From the NCBI GenBank assembly GCA_964035545.1, contig CAXIUT010000230.1, positions 496,001 through 560,000 on the forward strand: 64,000 nt of DNA. The letters are read 5' to 3'. Positions 63,568 to 64,000 of this stretch are shown piece by piece. A program made the position numbers and the translations under genes. This DNA comes from Bugula neritina (taxonomy: Eukaryota; Animalia; Bryozoa). Under the pieces are notes generated by a model. The model had not been told where the DNA came from and searched no databases. It saw nothing but the letters and a program-made list of their open reading frames with translations. Position 1 is the stretch's first letter. Every line of letters starts with the position of its first letter.

Positions 63568-64000
63568 TGCAACATACTAAAACATACTGCAACATACTGA
63601 AATACACTGCAAAATACTGAAATACACTGTAACATACTGAAATACACTGCAAAATACTACAACATTTTGAAATACACTGCAATACATTGAAATATACTGC
63701 AACATTCTAAATATACGGTAATATACTGAAATATAGTGTAACACATTGAAAAATACTACAAAATACTGAAATACACTGCAACATACTACAACATACTGAA
63801 ATACGCTGTAATACATTGGTAATATACTGAAATAAACTATAACACATTGAAAATACTGCAACATACTGAAATACACTGCAACACAACGAAATATACTGCA
63901 AAATAAAACAACATACTGAAATACACTGTAACATATTGAAATACACTGTAACACATTGAAATATACTGCAACATACCGAGATATATTGTAAACTACTGAA

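Larger units (their letters stand above)
49239..64000. repeat. Same 10-bp/20-bp satellite array, right part; runs to the window edge
   Basis: Resumes exactly at the interrupted monomer (TG|TAACACACTG) in the same orientation and carries the same variant markers. Confidence 0.99.

Noticed and set aside
36-63954. Minus-strand satellite ORFs (about 60-235 aa) as genes for Cys-rich or membrane proteins
   Set aside because: They overlap in all three frames with the same motifs and mirror the 10-bp period. Stops and frameshifts fall at satellite variants, and there is no gene structure.
1-64000. CRISPR array
   Set aside because: There is no constant repeat alternating with unique spacers and no cas genes. 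The 102-bp inserts are identical to one another.
1-64000. Telomeric repeat
   Set aside because: There are no G-runs, the monomers are heterogeneous, and the kb-scale HORs are incompatible with telomerase-templated synthesis.

Overview
This window is non-coding DNA, probably eukaryotic. About 95% of it is one unidirectional tandem satellite built from a 10-bp monomer. Two monomer types, ACTGAAATAY and ACTGYAACAY, mostly alternate to give a 20-bp dimer. The monomers are organised into nested higher-order repeats with periods of 1709, 2497, 3807, 4177, 4766, 5606 and 12,050 bp, read from offsets of identical ORF-track entries. Two kinds of non-satellite sequence interrupt the array. (1) A single 2566-bp non-autonomous DNA transposon at 46673-49238 has CACAG...CTGTG ends, a perfect 19-bp TIR, a 2-bp TG target-site duplication confirmed by seven empty paralogous sites, and block-structured subterminal inverted repeats. 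It carries a tRNA-like Pol III cassette. (2) A 102-bp segment occurs in six apparently identical copies and is amplified as part of the 3807-bp higher-order unit. All but one of the listed ORFs are artefacts of the stop-poor minus strand of the satellite, and the remaining 73-aa ORF inside the element is also unsupported. No protein-coding gene is supported. HOR boundaries were read by eye and are approximate.
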